A stretch of DNA of 64,000 bases from an uncultured virus (IMG/VR IMGVR_UViG_3300034418_003293). Taxonomy: Duplodnaviria; Heunggongvirae; Uroviricota; Caudoviricetes. The stretch lies in the IMG/VR virus record IMGVR_UViG_3300034418_003293; one strand, given 5' to 3'. Below are positions 38,890 to 49,360 of this stretch, in pieces (the stretch's first letter is position 1; each line of letters opens with the position of its first letter). The translations under genes were made by a program, and so were the position numbers. The notes beneath the pieces were generated by a model that saw only the letters and a list, made by a program, of their open reading frames with translations, searched no databases and was not told the origin of the DNA.

Positions 38890-39965
38890 TGTCTGATTTT
38901 TTTAAAACTATGGTAAAGGAACTCAATGATGAAAACACTCATCTACTATCCGATGGTGGCAATTCTGCTGAGTTTTCTGGGTGGCTTGATACTGGGTGTT
39001 TCATTCTTAATGCTCTTGTCAGTGGTAGTCTTTACGGCGGTGTGCCAAATAACAAAATCACTGCTCTTGCTGGCGAAGAAGCAACGGGAAAGACTTTCTT
39101 TGCCCTAGGAATGGTCAATAACTTTTTACAACAAAACGATCATGGCGGTGTTATCTATTATGATACTGAAGCAGCAGTAACACAAGAGATGATGTCCACT
39201 CGTAATATTGACGTTCACCGTGTTGTAGTTTCTGAACCACAAACAATTCAACAATTTCGTCACAATGCACTACAAGTTTTAGAACGATATACAGAGCACA
39301 AAAATGATAGACCACCAATGATGATGGTTCTTGATTCTCTCGGTCAACTATCTACAACAAAAGAAATGGAAGATAGTGCTGAAGGTAAAGAAACGAAAGA
39401 TATGACCAGAGCACAAGTAATCAAGGCTGCGTTTCGTACTCTCGGTCTCAATTTATCTAAAGCACAGGTTCCGATGATTGTTACGAATCATACTTATGAT
39501 GTAGTCGGTTCTTATGTTCCAAAGAAAGAAATGTCTGGTGGTTCTGGTCTAAAGTATACCGCTTCTACAATTCTTTTTCTTTCAAAGAAAAAAGATAAAG
39601 ACACTGAAAAGGATGAGGGTAATCTAATCAAGGTCACTACACAAAAGTCACGTTTTACCAAGCCAAATAAGACGATTGAAGTACGTCTAAACTATACGAC
39701 TGGTTTGGATCGTTATTACGGTCTTCTTGACCTTGCCGAGAAGTACGATGTTATCAAGAAGGTATCAACTCGTTATGAGTTTCCTGATGGATCTAAACAT
39801 TATGCTAAAGCAATCAATGCAGAACCTGAGAGGTTTTTTACAGAAGATGTCATGAAAAGACTAGAACAGGCTGCTGCAAAGGAATTCAAATATGGAGAAG
39901 AAAGAGAGCTTGTCAGCGGTTATGGAGAAACAGATCAGAGTGAGACGGATAGTGCCGAAGATTGA
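38889..39965 (+). CDS. uvsX: RecA-like recombinase UvsX
   Basis: AGEEATGKT, YYDTE, LDSLG, DMTRA, SGGSGLKY. Confidence 0.95.
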   Translation: MSDFFKTMVKELNDENTHLLSDGGNSAEFSGWLDTGCFILNALVSGSLYGGVPNNKITALAGEEATGKTFFALGMVNNFLQQNDHGGVIYYDTEAAVTQEMMSTRNIDVHRVVVSEPQTIQQFRHNALQVLERYTEHKNDRPPMMMVLDSLGQLSTTKEMEDSAEGKETKDMTRAQVIKAAFRTLGLNLSKAQVPMIVTNHTYDVVGSYVPKKEMSGGSGLKYTASTILFLSKKKDKDTEKDEGNLIKVTTQKSRFTKPNKTIEVRLNYTTGLDRYYGLLDLAEKYDVIKKVSTRYEFPDGSKHYAKAINAEPERFFTEDVMKRLEQAAAKEFKYGEERELVSGYGETDQSETDSAED

Positions 39966-40335
39966 TCTTGAAAAATTTTCACAGTATGACGATACTTATG
40001 AAATAGTAGATAATCTAGATGATGGTAAATCAACTGTACCTATTAGGTTGACTGACGAACGTTATAATGGTACAATCATTAGATACAATACAATATCTGT
40101 AAAAGAAATCGATGAAAAAGACGAAGCAACTTTGAAATTTGATTTTGATTTCGTAAAAAATCCACACGAATTGACTGAAAATAATATTCATTTCAATGAT
40201 CATATTGGTGGAATTCTAGTACATATTATCATCACCGCTTTGAATGAAAAGGAAGAAAATGAGGCTGGAAACACAGATACTGAGTCATCTCATTCACAAC
40301 GAGAATTATTCGAGGAAAGTTCTTCCATTTCTTAA
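39892..40335 (+). CDS. gp40-like head assembly chaperone
   Basis: T4 synteny (uvsX-40-41); IRYNTISVKE...ATLKFDFD. Confidence 0.55.
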   Translation: MEKKESLSAVMEKQIRVRRIVPKIDLEKFSQYDDTYEIVDNLDDGKSTVPIRLTDERYNGTIIRYNTISVKEIDEKDEATLKFDFDFVKNPHELTENNIHFNDHIGGILVHIIITALNEKEENEAGNTDTESSHSQRELFEESSSIS

Positions 40336-41635
40336 AGATGAGTATTTCAATGATTTCACAGAAAAAACTCTGTATCGATATATCAAGAAACACGTTGAAG
40401 AATATAACACTCTACCGACTGTAGAGATTCTTGGTATCACTCTTGACAATGACGATGTAGATGAAAATGACTTTGAACCATGCATCAAATATCTTTCTCA
40501 ACTCACGGATCGTGAGATTGATGAACAGTGGTTGACTGACAGGACAGAAGAGTTCTGTCAGGAACGTGCTATTCATAATGCTATCATGAAATCCATTCAA
40601 ATCATGGATGGTAAAGAGAAGGAGACAAAGGGTGCGATTCCAGAAATTCTTTCTGAAGCTCTCTCTGTCAGTTTTGATAATCACATTGGACATGATTGGT
40701 TAGAAGACTTCTCCGATCGTTATGACTTCTATCATAAAATAGAAAATCGTATCGCGTTTGATCTAGACTATCTTAATAGCATCACCAAAGGTGGGCTTCC
40801 ACAGAAAACTTTAACTTGTATTCTTGCTGGCACCGGTGTTGGAAAATCTCTTGCTATGTGTCACTTTGCTGCTGCTAATTTGATGGATAATCGTAAGGTT
40901 CTCTATATCACAATGGAGATGGCAGAAGAACGGATTGCTGAACGCATCGATGCTAATCTTCTAGATGTACCATTGAAAGAACTAGAAGAACTACCTAAAG
41001 CATCATATATGAAGAAAGTTGATAGAGTCAGAGATAAGACAGAGGGTAGATTGATTATCAAAGAATATCCTACTGCCACTGCTGGTGTCGGGCATTTTAG
41101 ACATCTACTGAATGAACTTCGTTTGAAAAGAAACTTTGTTCCAGATATCGTGTATGTTGATTATCTCAATATCTGTGCTTCTATGCGATTGAGGTATGGT
41201 GCTAATGTCAACAGTTATACTTACATCAAAGCAATCGCTGAAGAGATGAGAGGATTGGCTGTTGAGAAAAACATTCCAATCGTCACGGCAACTCAAACTA
41301 CACGGTCTGGTTATACAAACTCCGATCCTGGACTCGAAGATACATCCGAGTCTTTTGGTCTACCTGCTACCGTCGATTTGATGTTTGCTTTGGTGACTAG
41401 TGAAGAGTTAGAAAATCTCAATCAGATTATGGTCAAACAGTTGAAGAATCGTTTTAACGACCCAACCGATAAAAAAAGATTCGTCGTGGGGGTTGACAGA
41501 GGTAAGATGAGATTATATGATGTAGAACAATCAGCACAGGAGGAAATGATTGATGATCGCCCTATAATGGATAATACCGACTTTGGTGACAGATACGAAA
41601 ACGATTTTAAGAAAAAATTCGCAGCATTGAGGTGA
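40259..41635 (+). CDS. gp41: replicative helicase gp41 (DnaB-like)
   Basis: LAGTGVGKSL, YITMEMAEE, VDYLNI, SESFGLPATVD, KQLKNR. Confidence 0.96.
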   Translation: MRLETQILSHLIHNENYSRKVLPFLKDEYFNDFTEKTLYRYIKKHVEEYNTLPTVEILGITLDNDDVDENDFEPCIKYLSQLTDREIDEQWLTDRTEEFCQERAIHNAIMKSIQIMDGKEKETKGAIPEILSEALSVSFDNHIGHDWLEDFSDRYDFYHKIENRIAFDLDYLNSITKGGLPQKTLTCILAGTGVGKSLAMCHFAAANLMDNRKVLYITMEMAEERIAERIDANLLDVPLKELEELPKASYMKKVDRVRDKTEGRLIIKEYPTATAGVGHFRHLLNELRLKRNFVPDIVYVDYLNICASMRLRYGANVNSYTYIKAIAEEMRGLAVEKNIPIVTATQTTRSGYTNSDPGLEDTSESFGLPATVDLMFALVTSEELENLNQIMVKQLKNRFNDPTDKKRFVVGVDRGKMRLYDVEQSAQEEMIDDRPIMDNTDFGDRYENDFKKKFAALR

Positions 41636-41850
41636 GAGAGATGTATATTTTTGAAGAATATCCGATTGAAGATCGAAAGAAACCACATTATGCAATTCGT
41701 GAATTCGATGGGATCTTGGGTGAAGACAAAATTATTGCTTATGGAACTGATGAGAACAAATTAAAGAAGGTGTTTCGAAATTTGAAACGAAGTGGTGGAT
41801 TCGAAAATATGACACCAAAATTTTTCAAAACCGTGCATTTTTTTGGTTGA
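41632..41850 (+). CDS. hypothetical protein
   Basis: Short ORF after gp41 ending GGFENMTPKFF. Confidence 0.5.
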   Translation: MREMYIFEEYPIEDRKKPHYAIREFDGILGEDKIIAYGTDENKLKKVFRNLKRSGGFENMTPKFFKTVHFFG

Positions 41851-41897
41851 CAAAAAATAAAATCTCTGGTATTATATAAACATCATGAACAAAGGAG
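41847..41897 (+). promoter_or_regulatory. early promoter + leader + RBS module
   Basis: TTGACA-17-TATTAT-ATAAACATCATGAACAAAGGAG; near-identical modules at 28893, 43030, 43665 and 44077, and a related one at 44875. Confidence 0.8.
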
Positions 41898-41904
41898 AAA
41901 GAAA

Positions 41905-42171
41905 ATGAAAGTACTAGTCAACGAAGTAGAGAACGAGGGTCTTGATTCTCTTCTGGGGCAAACCGTTACGCTATGGTGCGGCGTATACATCTACACCGGC
42001 AAGCTGGTGGGGGTGAATAGCACCTGCGTTAAGCTAGAAGATGCGATGATTGTCTATGAAACAGGGGAATTCACCTCTAAAACGTGGAAGGTCGCACAAT
42101 CGCTCAGTACTGATAGCTGGTACGTGCAGGTCCAGGCTATCGAAAGCTTCGGCGTTATGAACAAGTCATAA
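41905..42171 (+). CDS. small Sm-like-fold hypothetical protein
   Basis: VTLWCGVYIYTGKLVGVNSTCVKLEDA beta-strand pattern. Confidence 0.6.
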   Translation: MKVLVNEVENEGLDSLLGQTVTLWCGVYIYTGKLVGVNSTCVKLEDAMIVYETGEFTSKTWKVAQSLSTDSWYVQVQAIESFGVMNKS

Positions 42172-42993
42172 AGGCGAAGCGGGATAGATACTTGCCTAGA
42201 TCCGGATCAGGGCCAGGGTATTGGTCCAGGTCTGGATCTAGGTATTGGTCTGGGAGTAAGTAGGATGATCACAAAGCGGAAGAGATACTCGCCTAGGTCT
42301 AGGTCTGGGTCTTGGTCTAGGTCTTCGTCTTCGCCCGGGTCTTGGTATTGGTCTGGGAGTAGGTAGGATGATGACAAAGCGGAAGAGATACTTGTCTAGG
42401 TCTTGGTCTAGGTCTAGGTCTTGGTCCGGGTCTAGGTCTGGGTCTAGGTCTAGATCTGGATCTTGGTCTAGGTCTGGGTCTTGGTCTTGGTCTGGGTCTT
42501 CGTCTTGGTCTTGGTCTTGGTATTGGTCTGGGAGTAAGTAGGATGATCACAAAGCGGAAGAGATACTCGCCTAGGTCTAAGTCTGGGTCTTGTTCTTGGT
42601 CTTGGTCTGGGTCTTGGTATTGGTCCGGGTCCGGGTCTGGATCTGGGGCTTGGTCTAGGTCTAGGTCTAGGTCTGGGTCTTGGTCCGGGTCTGGGTCTTG
42701 GCCCGGGTCTTGGTATTGGTCTGAGAGTAAGTAGGATGATCACAAAGCGGAAGAGATACTCGTCTTGGTATGGGTCTGGGTCTTGTTCTTGGTCTGGGTC
42801 TTGGTCTAGGTCTGAGTCTGGATCTGGGTCTGGGTCTAGGTCTAGGTCTTGGTCTGGATCTGGGTCTTGGTCCGGGTCTGGATCTGGGTCTTGGTCTAGG
42901 TCTTGGTCTAGGTCCGGGTCTGGGTTTAGGTCCGGGCCTGGGTTTAGGTCTGGGTCTGGGTCTTGGTCTTGGTCTTGGTCTGGGCGTATATAA
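42170..42993 (+). repeat. tandem array of Ser/Gly/Trp/Arg peptide mini-genes built from NGGTCT hexamers
   Basis: Units start at 42265, 42368, 42543 and 42736 (plus a degenerate one at ~42170); shared head ATGATSACAAAGCGGAAGAGATAC and shared tail TATTGGTCTGRGAGTARGTAG. Confidence 0.85.
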
Positions 42994-43088
42994 GAGTGGT
43001 GTATCTGTTGTTGAGGGACAATTTTTCCCTTGACAAAAAATAAAATCTCTGGTATTATATAAACATGATGAACGAAGGAGTCAGTCAG

Positions 43089-43400
43089 ATGTTTCGAATC
43101 GACCAGATCACTGTTCAAGCACATTTTGCCATGTTGAATGCCATGCATTTTGATGGTGAATTGCATGTAGACGAGTTCTGGATTGACGAATCAGATGACG
43201 ATTTCTGTGGTGTAGATGAAGTGGATGGTGAGATTATCATTGGTATGTGTAAGGAATACGACGATGAGTACCAGTTCATTTGCCTCCTTGCTCATGAGAT
43301 GACTCATGTCTGGCAGATTCAGAATGGTTATGATGGTGGGCATGATGGTGAGTTTCTGACCGTTGCAAAACGGCTGGAAAAAAGTGATATATATATCTAA
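43089..43400 (+). CDS. SprT-like zinc metalloprotease domain protein
   Basis: LAHEMTH (HExxH) with downstream H..F. Confidence 0.7.
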   Translation: MFRIDQITVQAHFAMLNAMHFDGELHVDEFWIDESDDDFCGVDEVDGEIIIGMCKEYDDEYQFICLLAHEMTHVWQIQNGYDGGHDGEFLTVAKRLEKSDIYI

Positions 43401-43596
43401 AGGAAATCGCGAATGTACGAAGATATTCTCAAGGCACTAAGGGAGTCGCTTCTCCGTGGTGGAGATGACTTCGATATTGTAGAACGAGCATCGATTCGTT
43501 CTATGTCTCCTCGTATTAAGGTCAAGGAAATCTATGACCGTATGGTATATGAGGATAAGCAACGAGAGGCATCGTAAACACTATCGATAGTCTCGG

Positions 43597-43644
43597 AAAT
43601 GCCCAGCTAGTTTTCTCCTGTTGCGCTAGCTGGGCATTTTTTTT
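43597..43644 (+). terminator. Rho-independent terminator
   Basis: AAATGCCCAGCTAG/CTAGCTGGGCATTT stem with T run. Confidence 0.8.
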
Positions 43645-43723
43645 GAAAACCGTACATTTTTCCCTTGACAAAAATATCAAACTTTGTTATGATATAAACA
43701 TGATGAACGAAGGAGTGAATGAC

Positions 43724-44068
43724 ATGACTAAGAACGAGATCAAGACTGCTCTCCGTGGGTATCTCGACCACATCGTAGATGATTACGAAATCTGGCAGAA
43801 TGTTGGTCGAAACGGTAGGACCGAAATACAGGCTAAGATGCTTGAAGATTTCATCCGCGGCCTAGACTTCAAGATGGGTAAGAAGTATGTAAAGGTTGTC
43901 AACAAGGGAAGTGTCCACAGTTTCATCGTAAACACTTACGATGATCCAAAATTCAAATTTGGAGACATTCTCAAGGCGGCTGGTTATAGTGCACCGGCTA
44001 AGAATTTTGTTCGTGGAAATATCTTCGAAGGAAAGTTTGATAGGATTTCTTGGACGGGGGCGTCGTAA
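43724..44068 (+). CDS. conserved early protein of T4-like phages
   Basis: GKKYVKVV..SVHSFI...GDILKAA...APAKN..RGNI; has its own promoter module. Confidence 0.7.
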   Translation: MTKNEIKTALRGYLDHIVDDYEIWQNVGRNGRTEIQAKMLEDFIRGLDFKMGKKYVKVVNKGSVHSFIVNTYDDPKFKFGDILKAAGYSAPAKNFVRGNIFEGKFDRISWTGAS

Positions 44069-44135
44069 TTTTTCTCTTGACAAAAATTAATTCTTTTGTT
44101 ATGATATAAACATGATGAACGAAGGAGTGAATGAA

Positions 44136-44444
44136 ATGTCTCTAGTAGGTCATAGTATCGGTGAATTGACCAGTGTCAAGTTTTCTGAAATGCGGAAGAC
44201 TCGGATTGGCGAATCTGGCGCTAAGTATGTTGTCTGGTTTGAGTTGACTGAGACTGGTAATCTGGTTGAGTTAGATACCGACTCGGTGGAACATTCCAAG
44301 ACTCTGATTGATGCTTGGTTAGGTCACGATACTGATATGCGGTTTCTTACTGCTTCGTATCGGAAGGTCAAGACTGATGGTAGTCTTGGAAAGTGTGAAG
44401 AGATTATCGACAGGGATTTCAATTATCTCGATCTGGATTTGTGA
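44136..44444 (+). CDS. hypothetical early protein
   Basis: ORF behind a promoter/RBS module. Confidence 0.6.
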   Translation: MSLVGHSIGELTSVKFSEMRKTRIGESGAKYVVWFELTETGNLVELDTDSVEHSKTLIDAWLGHDTDMRFLTASYRKVKTDGSLGKCEEIIDRDFNYLDLDL

Positions 44445-44686
44445 GGATGAGATGCGTAACTACATCGCGAAAGATTTACGGACTCCAAAGTACCGTAAAC
44501 GTGTAGTGTCTTCCAAAAAACACTACAGCCGTAAACTCAAACATAAAGGTGAGTTATCATGAACTCAATTGTGTCGTTTGTAGTAGGTTGTATCGTTGGA
44601 TACGTTGTAGCGACTAATCCTGAAATAGCAAATCACGCGGGTGATTTGCTTCAATCTGCTGGAACTCTAGTGAAGGGAAATACCCA

Positions 44687-44878
44687 ATGAAGTACGTAGT
44701 GAAGCTGAAGTACAATGGAACTGACAATCGTATCTTTGACAATCCGAAGGATGCAGTTGATTGTTATCAGAAGCATTTGAAGGATCTTGATATGCCCTCT
44801 TTGTGGGGTAGTCTTGAAAGCAAGATTGAAGAGATGCAATGGATCGAAAAGTTGCAAATCATTGAAAATAAGTGTTGA
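44687..44878 (+). CDS. hypothetical protein
   Basis: Short ORF in the early cluster. Confidence 0.45.
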   Translation: MKYVVKLKYNGTDNRIFDNPKDAVDCYQKHLKDLDMPSLWGSLESKIEEMQWIEKLQIIENKC

Positions 44879-44942
44879 CAAAAATACCAACCTTTGTTAT
44901 GATAACTATACTGAATGAAACGAGCTAACAAGGAGATACATC

Positions 44943-45872
44943 ATGGCTCATATGGTTGAAACGATGGCTTACGCTGGTGAAGTTCCGTGGCATGGTCTGG
45001 GTAAGAAGGTTCTTCCCGATCTGACTCCAGAACAAATGCTTTACGAAGCTGGTCTTGACTGGACCGTAGAGAAGATTCCGGCGTTTGCTGAAGTCAATGG
45101 CGAAAAGGTCGCTGTTGGTAAGTCTGCTCTGGTTCGTTCCAGTGACAACAAGATTCTCGATGTCGTCGGTGACGATTGGTGTGAGACTCAGAACGCTGAA
45201 GCGTTTGGTTTCTTCGCCGACTTCGTTAGTGAAGGTAACATGGAGATGCATACTGCTGGTTCACTTCGTGGTGGTCAGATGGTGTGGGCTCTTGCTAAGG
45301 TAAAGGATGAGTCGTTTGAACTGTTTGGTAAGGATCGTGTTGATTCTTATCTGCTGTTCTCTAACCCTCATATGTATGGTAAGAGCATTGATGTTCGGTT
45401 CACTCCGATTCGAGTGGTTTGTAACAACACTCTGACACTTTCTCTTGGTTCTAATACTAAGAATGGTGTCAAGGTTTCCCATCGGACTCAATTCAATGCT
45501 GAAGAAGTTAAGGAAACGATGGGTATCGCCTCGTTCAAGTTGACCGAGTATAAGAAGCAGGCTGAGTTTATCGCTTCCAAGCGGTTCACTGAAGAGTCAA
45601 AGGTAGAATATCTTGAGCGTCTGTTTCCTGTTCTTGGTGAAGCCAAGCGTAAGGAACGGTCGAAGTCTGCTGCTGCAGTCCTAGACATCCTTGACACTCA
45701 GCCTGGTGCTGAGATGGGTGAAGGAACGTTCTGGCAGTTGTACAACGGTGTTACCTACCATGTTGACCATCAGATGGGTCGTAACTCGGACAATCGGATG
45801 AACTCCGCTTGGTTCGGTGGTGGTGTCAAGAAGAAGCAAGAGGCTCTCGCCCTTGCTGTTGAGATGGCATGA
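44943..45872 (+). CDS. DUF932/DUF945-family phage/plasmid protein
   Basis: MAHMVETMAYAGEVPWHGLG, AGLDWTVEK, TPIRVVCNNTL, GTFWQLYNGVT. Confidence 0.85.
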   Translation: MAHMVETMAYAGEVPWHGLGKKVLPDLTPEQMLYEAGLDWTVEKIPAFAEVNGEKVAVGKSALVRSSDNKILDVVGDDWCETQNAEAFGFFADFVSEGNMEMHTAGSLRGGQMVWALAKVKDESFELFGKDRVDSYLLFSNPHMYGKSIDVRFTPIRVVCNNTLTLSLGSNTKNGVKVSHRTQFNAEEVKETMGIASFKLTEYKKQAEFIASKRFTEESKVEYLERLFPVLGEAKRKERSKSAAAVLDILDTQPGAEMGEGTFWQLYNGVTYHVDHQMGRNSDNRMNSAWFGGGVKKKQEALALAVEMA

Positions 45873-46398
45873 GTAACGGGTTTTCAGAGGGAGAGTTCTA
45901 TCGGACTCTCCCCCAACTCGTCACTGTAAGAGAGTCTGAAGACTCTATCATGGTCAAGTGGAATGATGGATCACAGAATATCTTTGAAAAGAATTCAGAG
46001 AAACATGAATGGTTTCGTAGACTGTTCATCAAAAACAAGGAGTATAGAGCATGATTGCAGCAGATTTTCATATGATGGGTAATCTAGAACGAATGGTTCT
46101 AGAAGATATGCATCAGTGGTTCGCTAAGGATGGAAAGGTATTGGTGTTTGATGACGTTGAGTCGGTGAAAACAAAGAGAACTGTGCCTTATAAGAAGGCA
46201 GTAGAATTATATTGGAAGGAGAAGATCTAATGAAAAAGTTAGAATTTGAAGTGGAAACAATTAATGCAGTTTTACAGTATCTTGGAAACCAACCATACAA
46301 TGAAGTTAATCAATTAATTCAAAAGTTGTTTAACGAGGCACAGGGACAACTTTCTATGTCTGATAATTCGAATCAACTAGAGACTGATGAGAGTGAGA

Positions 46399-46839
46399 AT
46401 GAGCGATCGTGACCTAAAGTTTCTGAACAACTTGTTCATTATGGCTAGGGATCTAGATGCAACGGGAGGCAGTCGTTTGGCTGCCTCTCTTGTTTATAAG
46501 AACAAGATTATCTCTTATGGTATGAATATGAACAAGTCCCATACGTTTCAAGCAAATCATGCTAAGAACGATGAAGCGATCTATTGGCACGCGGAAACGA
46601 ATGCTGTATATAATGGTTTGAAGACGGTTGGTAGTGATTTAGATCCTACAAAGAAAGAATTGGCTGGAATGACTCTTTATGTTGCAAGAGCAAAGCATCC
46701 ATCCGGCAATAGTGAAGGATGGATTTGGGGTAATAGTAAGCCTTGCATTGGTTGTATGTCTTGTCTTTATAAATATGGTATAAATCGAATTGTCTATTCA
46801 ATGGACGAGACTGGACACTACGGAGTTATTAATGTTTGA
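46399..46839 (+). CDS. cytidine/dCMP deaminase-fold protein
   Basis: HAE and PCxxC zinc motifs (HAETNA, SKPCIGC). Confidence 0.8.
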   Translation: MSDRDLKFLNNLFIMARDLDATGGSRLAASLVYKNKIISYGMNMNKSHTFQANHAKNDEAIYWHAETNAVYNGLKTVGSDLDPTKKELAGMTLYVARAKHPSGNSEGWIWGNSKPCIGCMSCLYKYGINRIVYSMDETGHYGVINV

Positions 46840-46885
46840 TTTATGGGGTGGAAATCGAGAAGAAAATATTAGAGAGGCAAAGAAT

Positions 46886-47959
46886 ATGGTACTTAGATTT
46901 AGACAGTATAATGATTTACAAGAACAAGAAGGTAAAAGGGTTGATACTACCAAGAATGCATCAATAACCGAATTATTTCCAGCAATTGCTTTTAACTCAA
47001 ATAAGAAACCAAGTACAGTAGAAGAATTTAAGAAATTTATTTATACATTAGATATTAATTCTCCACAGGTTAAAAAGTCATGGGATCCTAAAGATCAAGA
47101 AAAAGCAATAGAAACTATTTCAGATCTTTCTTCTATGGAAGAAAGATTCGTTAAAACAAAAATGGAAAATGCTATTGGTGTTGTTAATTTTTTATATGAA
47201 CTTCATGCAACAAAACCTATTAATAAAGTTGTATGGGGGTATAGAGCAAAACCTAGAGGGGTACCTAAAAATCATGCTGGTGATATTTTTGTTTTTTTCA
47301 AAGATAAAGACGTAATTGGTGTTAGTTTAAAAGCCGGTACTGCAAAATCAAAAGAAGCCCTTAAAAATACATACGTTGGAACACAATATAGAGCATTAAA
47401 AATTGATACAAAAGATTTACAATATGATTTGTGGGATAAAGTCTATTCTAAATTGCCTGGTATAGAAGAAGTTGCAACAAAAGATAATTATGTTAAAAAC
47501 TCTAAAGTTACAAAACTTTATATTGATTATTTTGTAGAGAATGAAACTGAAGCAGATAAATTATATCATGAAATGTTAGTAGTTTGTAGAGAACATTTTT
47601 GTAAAGTTATTAATGATCTGGATACTGATACATTTATTAAATGGGTTCAGAATACTTTTAATTTACAAAGAAAAGAAGATAAAGTTCCATTAATTTTAGT
47701 TAAAGCTGTTAAAATGACAGCCGAACAAAAGAGTGATGATATTGTTGATATGCTACCCCTTGTCACAAACCATCATGCGTATCTTAATAAAAAATCTGTA
47801 CAAGAATATTTAATTGATATTCACTCCCCTAGTGATAAGAAAACTATGAAAATGTCTATTCGTTCTGACCAAGGAGTTAGACCAGAAAAAGGAACAAGTG
47901 GTCAAGGTAAACTTGGACAATATCTACAATTAAAAATGCAATATAGTGGTGTTATATAA
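46886..47959 (+). CDS. putative PD-(D/E)xK nuclease-fold protein
   Basis: AGDIFV...GVSLK motif; late promoter at 46768. Confidence 0.5.
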   Translation: MVLRFRQYNDLQEQEGKRVDTTKNASITELFPAIAFNSNKKPSTVEEFKKFIYTLDINSPQVKKSWDPKDQEKAIETISDLSSMEERFVKTKMENAIGVVNFLYELHATKPINKVVWGYRAKPRGVPKNHAGDIFVFFKDKDVIGVSLKAGTAKSKEALKNTYVGTQYRALKIDTKDLQYDLWDKVYSKLPGIEEVATKDNYVKNSKVTKLYIDYFVENETEADKLYHEMLVVCREHFCKVINDLDTDTFIKWVQNTFNLQRKEDKVPLILVKAVKMTAEQKSDDIVDMLPLVTNHHAYLNKKSVQEYLIDIHSPSDKKTMKMSIRSDQGVRPEKGTSGQGKLGQYLQLKMQYSGVI

Positions 47960-47982
47960 GACGGAGTTATTAATTAGGAGTT

Positions 47983-49329
47983 TTGCCAATGGCAATGTTA
48001 GGTGCTAACGAGTCTAAATTTAACAAACCATATTTAGAAATGATAGCAAGCAATATACGAGGCAACAAACCAATCAAATTCAAAGATGGTACATTCACAA
48101 TTGATGCTAAAGATAGTAACATGAAGGCTTTGATTGTTGCCATAGACAAAAAGAACCAATCTGGTGTAGACAGAATTTTAAAATCTGGATCCAAATATGT
48201 CCCAGTGTTTGTTACCACAGATGGAAAGATATTCACTTGGTCTCAGATAGATAAAAGTCCATTCTCAGGTATCGCAAAGAAATCTGATGGTGTCACTACT
48301 GCTCAACAAGAACGTGCTTCGATGTATGCAATTGAAATGGGATTAAACAAGAACGGTTATAGAGATAAGTCTATGTTTCTAAAAGACTGTTATGATGGTC
48401 TCAAGAAACGTTACCCTGATATGGATGGTATATGGGAAGAAGGATTCTTTCAACAACAGATAACTGTTGCTAGAGAGATTCCAAACAATTCAAACTATTC
48501 ATACTCTCGTGATGATGGTTTTATGGAAGATATCAGCAAATTGGTTAAAGAGTTTGGTATTATGAAGAAAGATACATGGAACCCAGCCGATATATGGATA
48601 GTTGAAAAACCAAAAGAACAGATGAAGAAACTCAAAGCATGTAAAAGTCTTGGTGAGTTGAACGCTGAGTTGCGTACCATGTTCAACAATCATATGGTTG
48701 TCGGAATATCGCTTAAGAAACTTTCAGGAAAAACAGCCCTATGGGAAGTGGTCAACGTTGATCTAAGCCAATTTGAGAATAAAACTTCTTATGTACTAGG
48801 TGATGTTAAATGCAATCTTAAACAAGATGGTGCAACCGATAGTATAGTATTCGTCAAGAATGGTTCAAATGTTGTTGGCAAATTTCAGATACGACAAAAC
48901 TCGGCAGGAATGGCAAACCTCAAGGTAGAGGGAACTGCACAGGGACAAGGAGCAGCACGACTTGGTAAGGTTCCATTGGAAATGCTCAAGGATCTCATGA
49001 AGGATTATAAAATCAATTACAATAACGATCACAATAAGTTTCCTAAGACTGGCAAAGACTTCATAACAAAACAAAACAAGTATGTAAAAATGTTCAATGC
49101 CATTCATGGAAACATAGATACAGGAATTCAGAAGACAGACTTTGTGTTCAATATCGTCGATATGTATAACAAAAAAGATGATATTGCTGTTAGTAAGTTG
49201 ATGCAAATTGAATTTTTATATGAAATGTATCGTTTGAGTAAAACCAAACTAAACGATTTTGTGACAAGTATGTATTTCTTGGCACAAAAGAAAGGTCCTC
49301 AGTTTGGACCATTCGGTAAGTTGTATTAA
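47983..49329 (+). CDS. putative PD-(D/E)xK nuclease-fold protein
   Basis: WNPADIWIV...VGISLKK motif. Confidence 0.5.
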   Translation: MPMAMLGANESKFNKPYLEMIASNIRGNKPIKFKDGTFTIDAKDSNMKALIVAIDKKNQSGVDRILKSGSKYVPVFVTTDGKIFTWSQIDKSPFSGIAKKSDGVTTAQQERASMYAIEMGLNKNGYRDKSMFLKDCYDGLKKRYPDMDGIWEEGFFQQQITVAREIPNNSNYSYSRDDGFMEDISKLVKEFGIMKKDTWNPADIWIVEKPKEQMKKLKACKSLGELNAELRTMFNNHMVVGISLKKLSGKTALWEVVNVDLSQFENKTSYVLGDVKCNLKQDGATDSIVFVKNGSNVVGKFQIRQNSAGMANLKVEGTAQGQGAARLGKVPLEMLKDLMKDYKINYNNDHNKFPKTGKDFITKQNKYVKMFNAIHGNIDTGIQKTDFVFNIVDMYNKKDDIAVSKLMQIEFLYEMYRLSKTKLNDFVTSMYFLAQKKGPQFGPFGKLY

Positions 49330-49360
49330 ATTTTATACAATAGACAACGGAAATAAGAAG

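Noticed and set aside
35919..41635. Introns or inteins in gp43, gp41 (also gp17, gp46)
   Set aside because: ORFs are continuous, of normal length and show no intein motifs
42170..42993. Diversity-generating retroelement or CRISPR
   Set aside because: No reverse transcriptase in the window, no adenine-specific variation, and the variable parts are hexamer expansions rather than unique spacers
42317..43166. Minus-strand PR/DP-repeat ORFs and the +strand LG-repeat ORF (42770-43033)
   Set aside because: Alternative frames of the NGGTCT hexamer repeat; only the Ser-X frame has repeated start, stop and coupling signals
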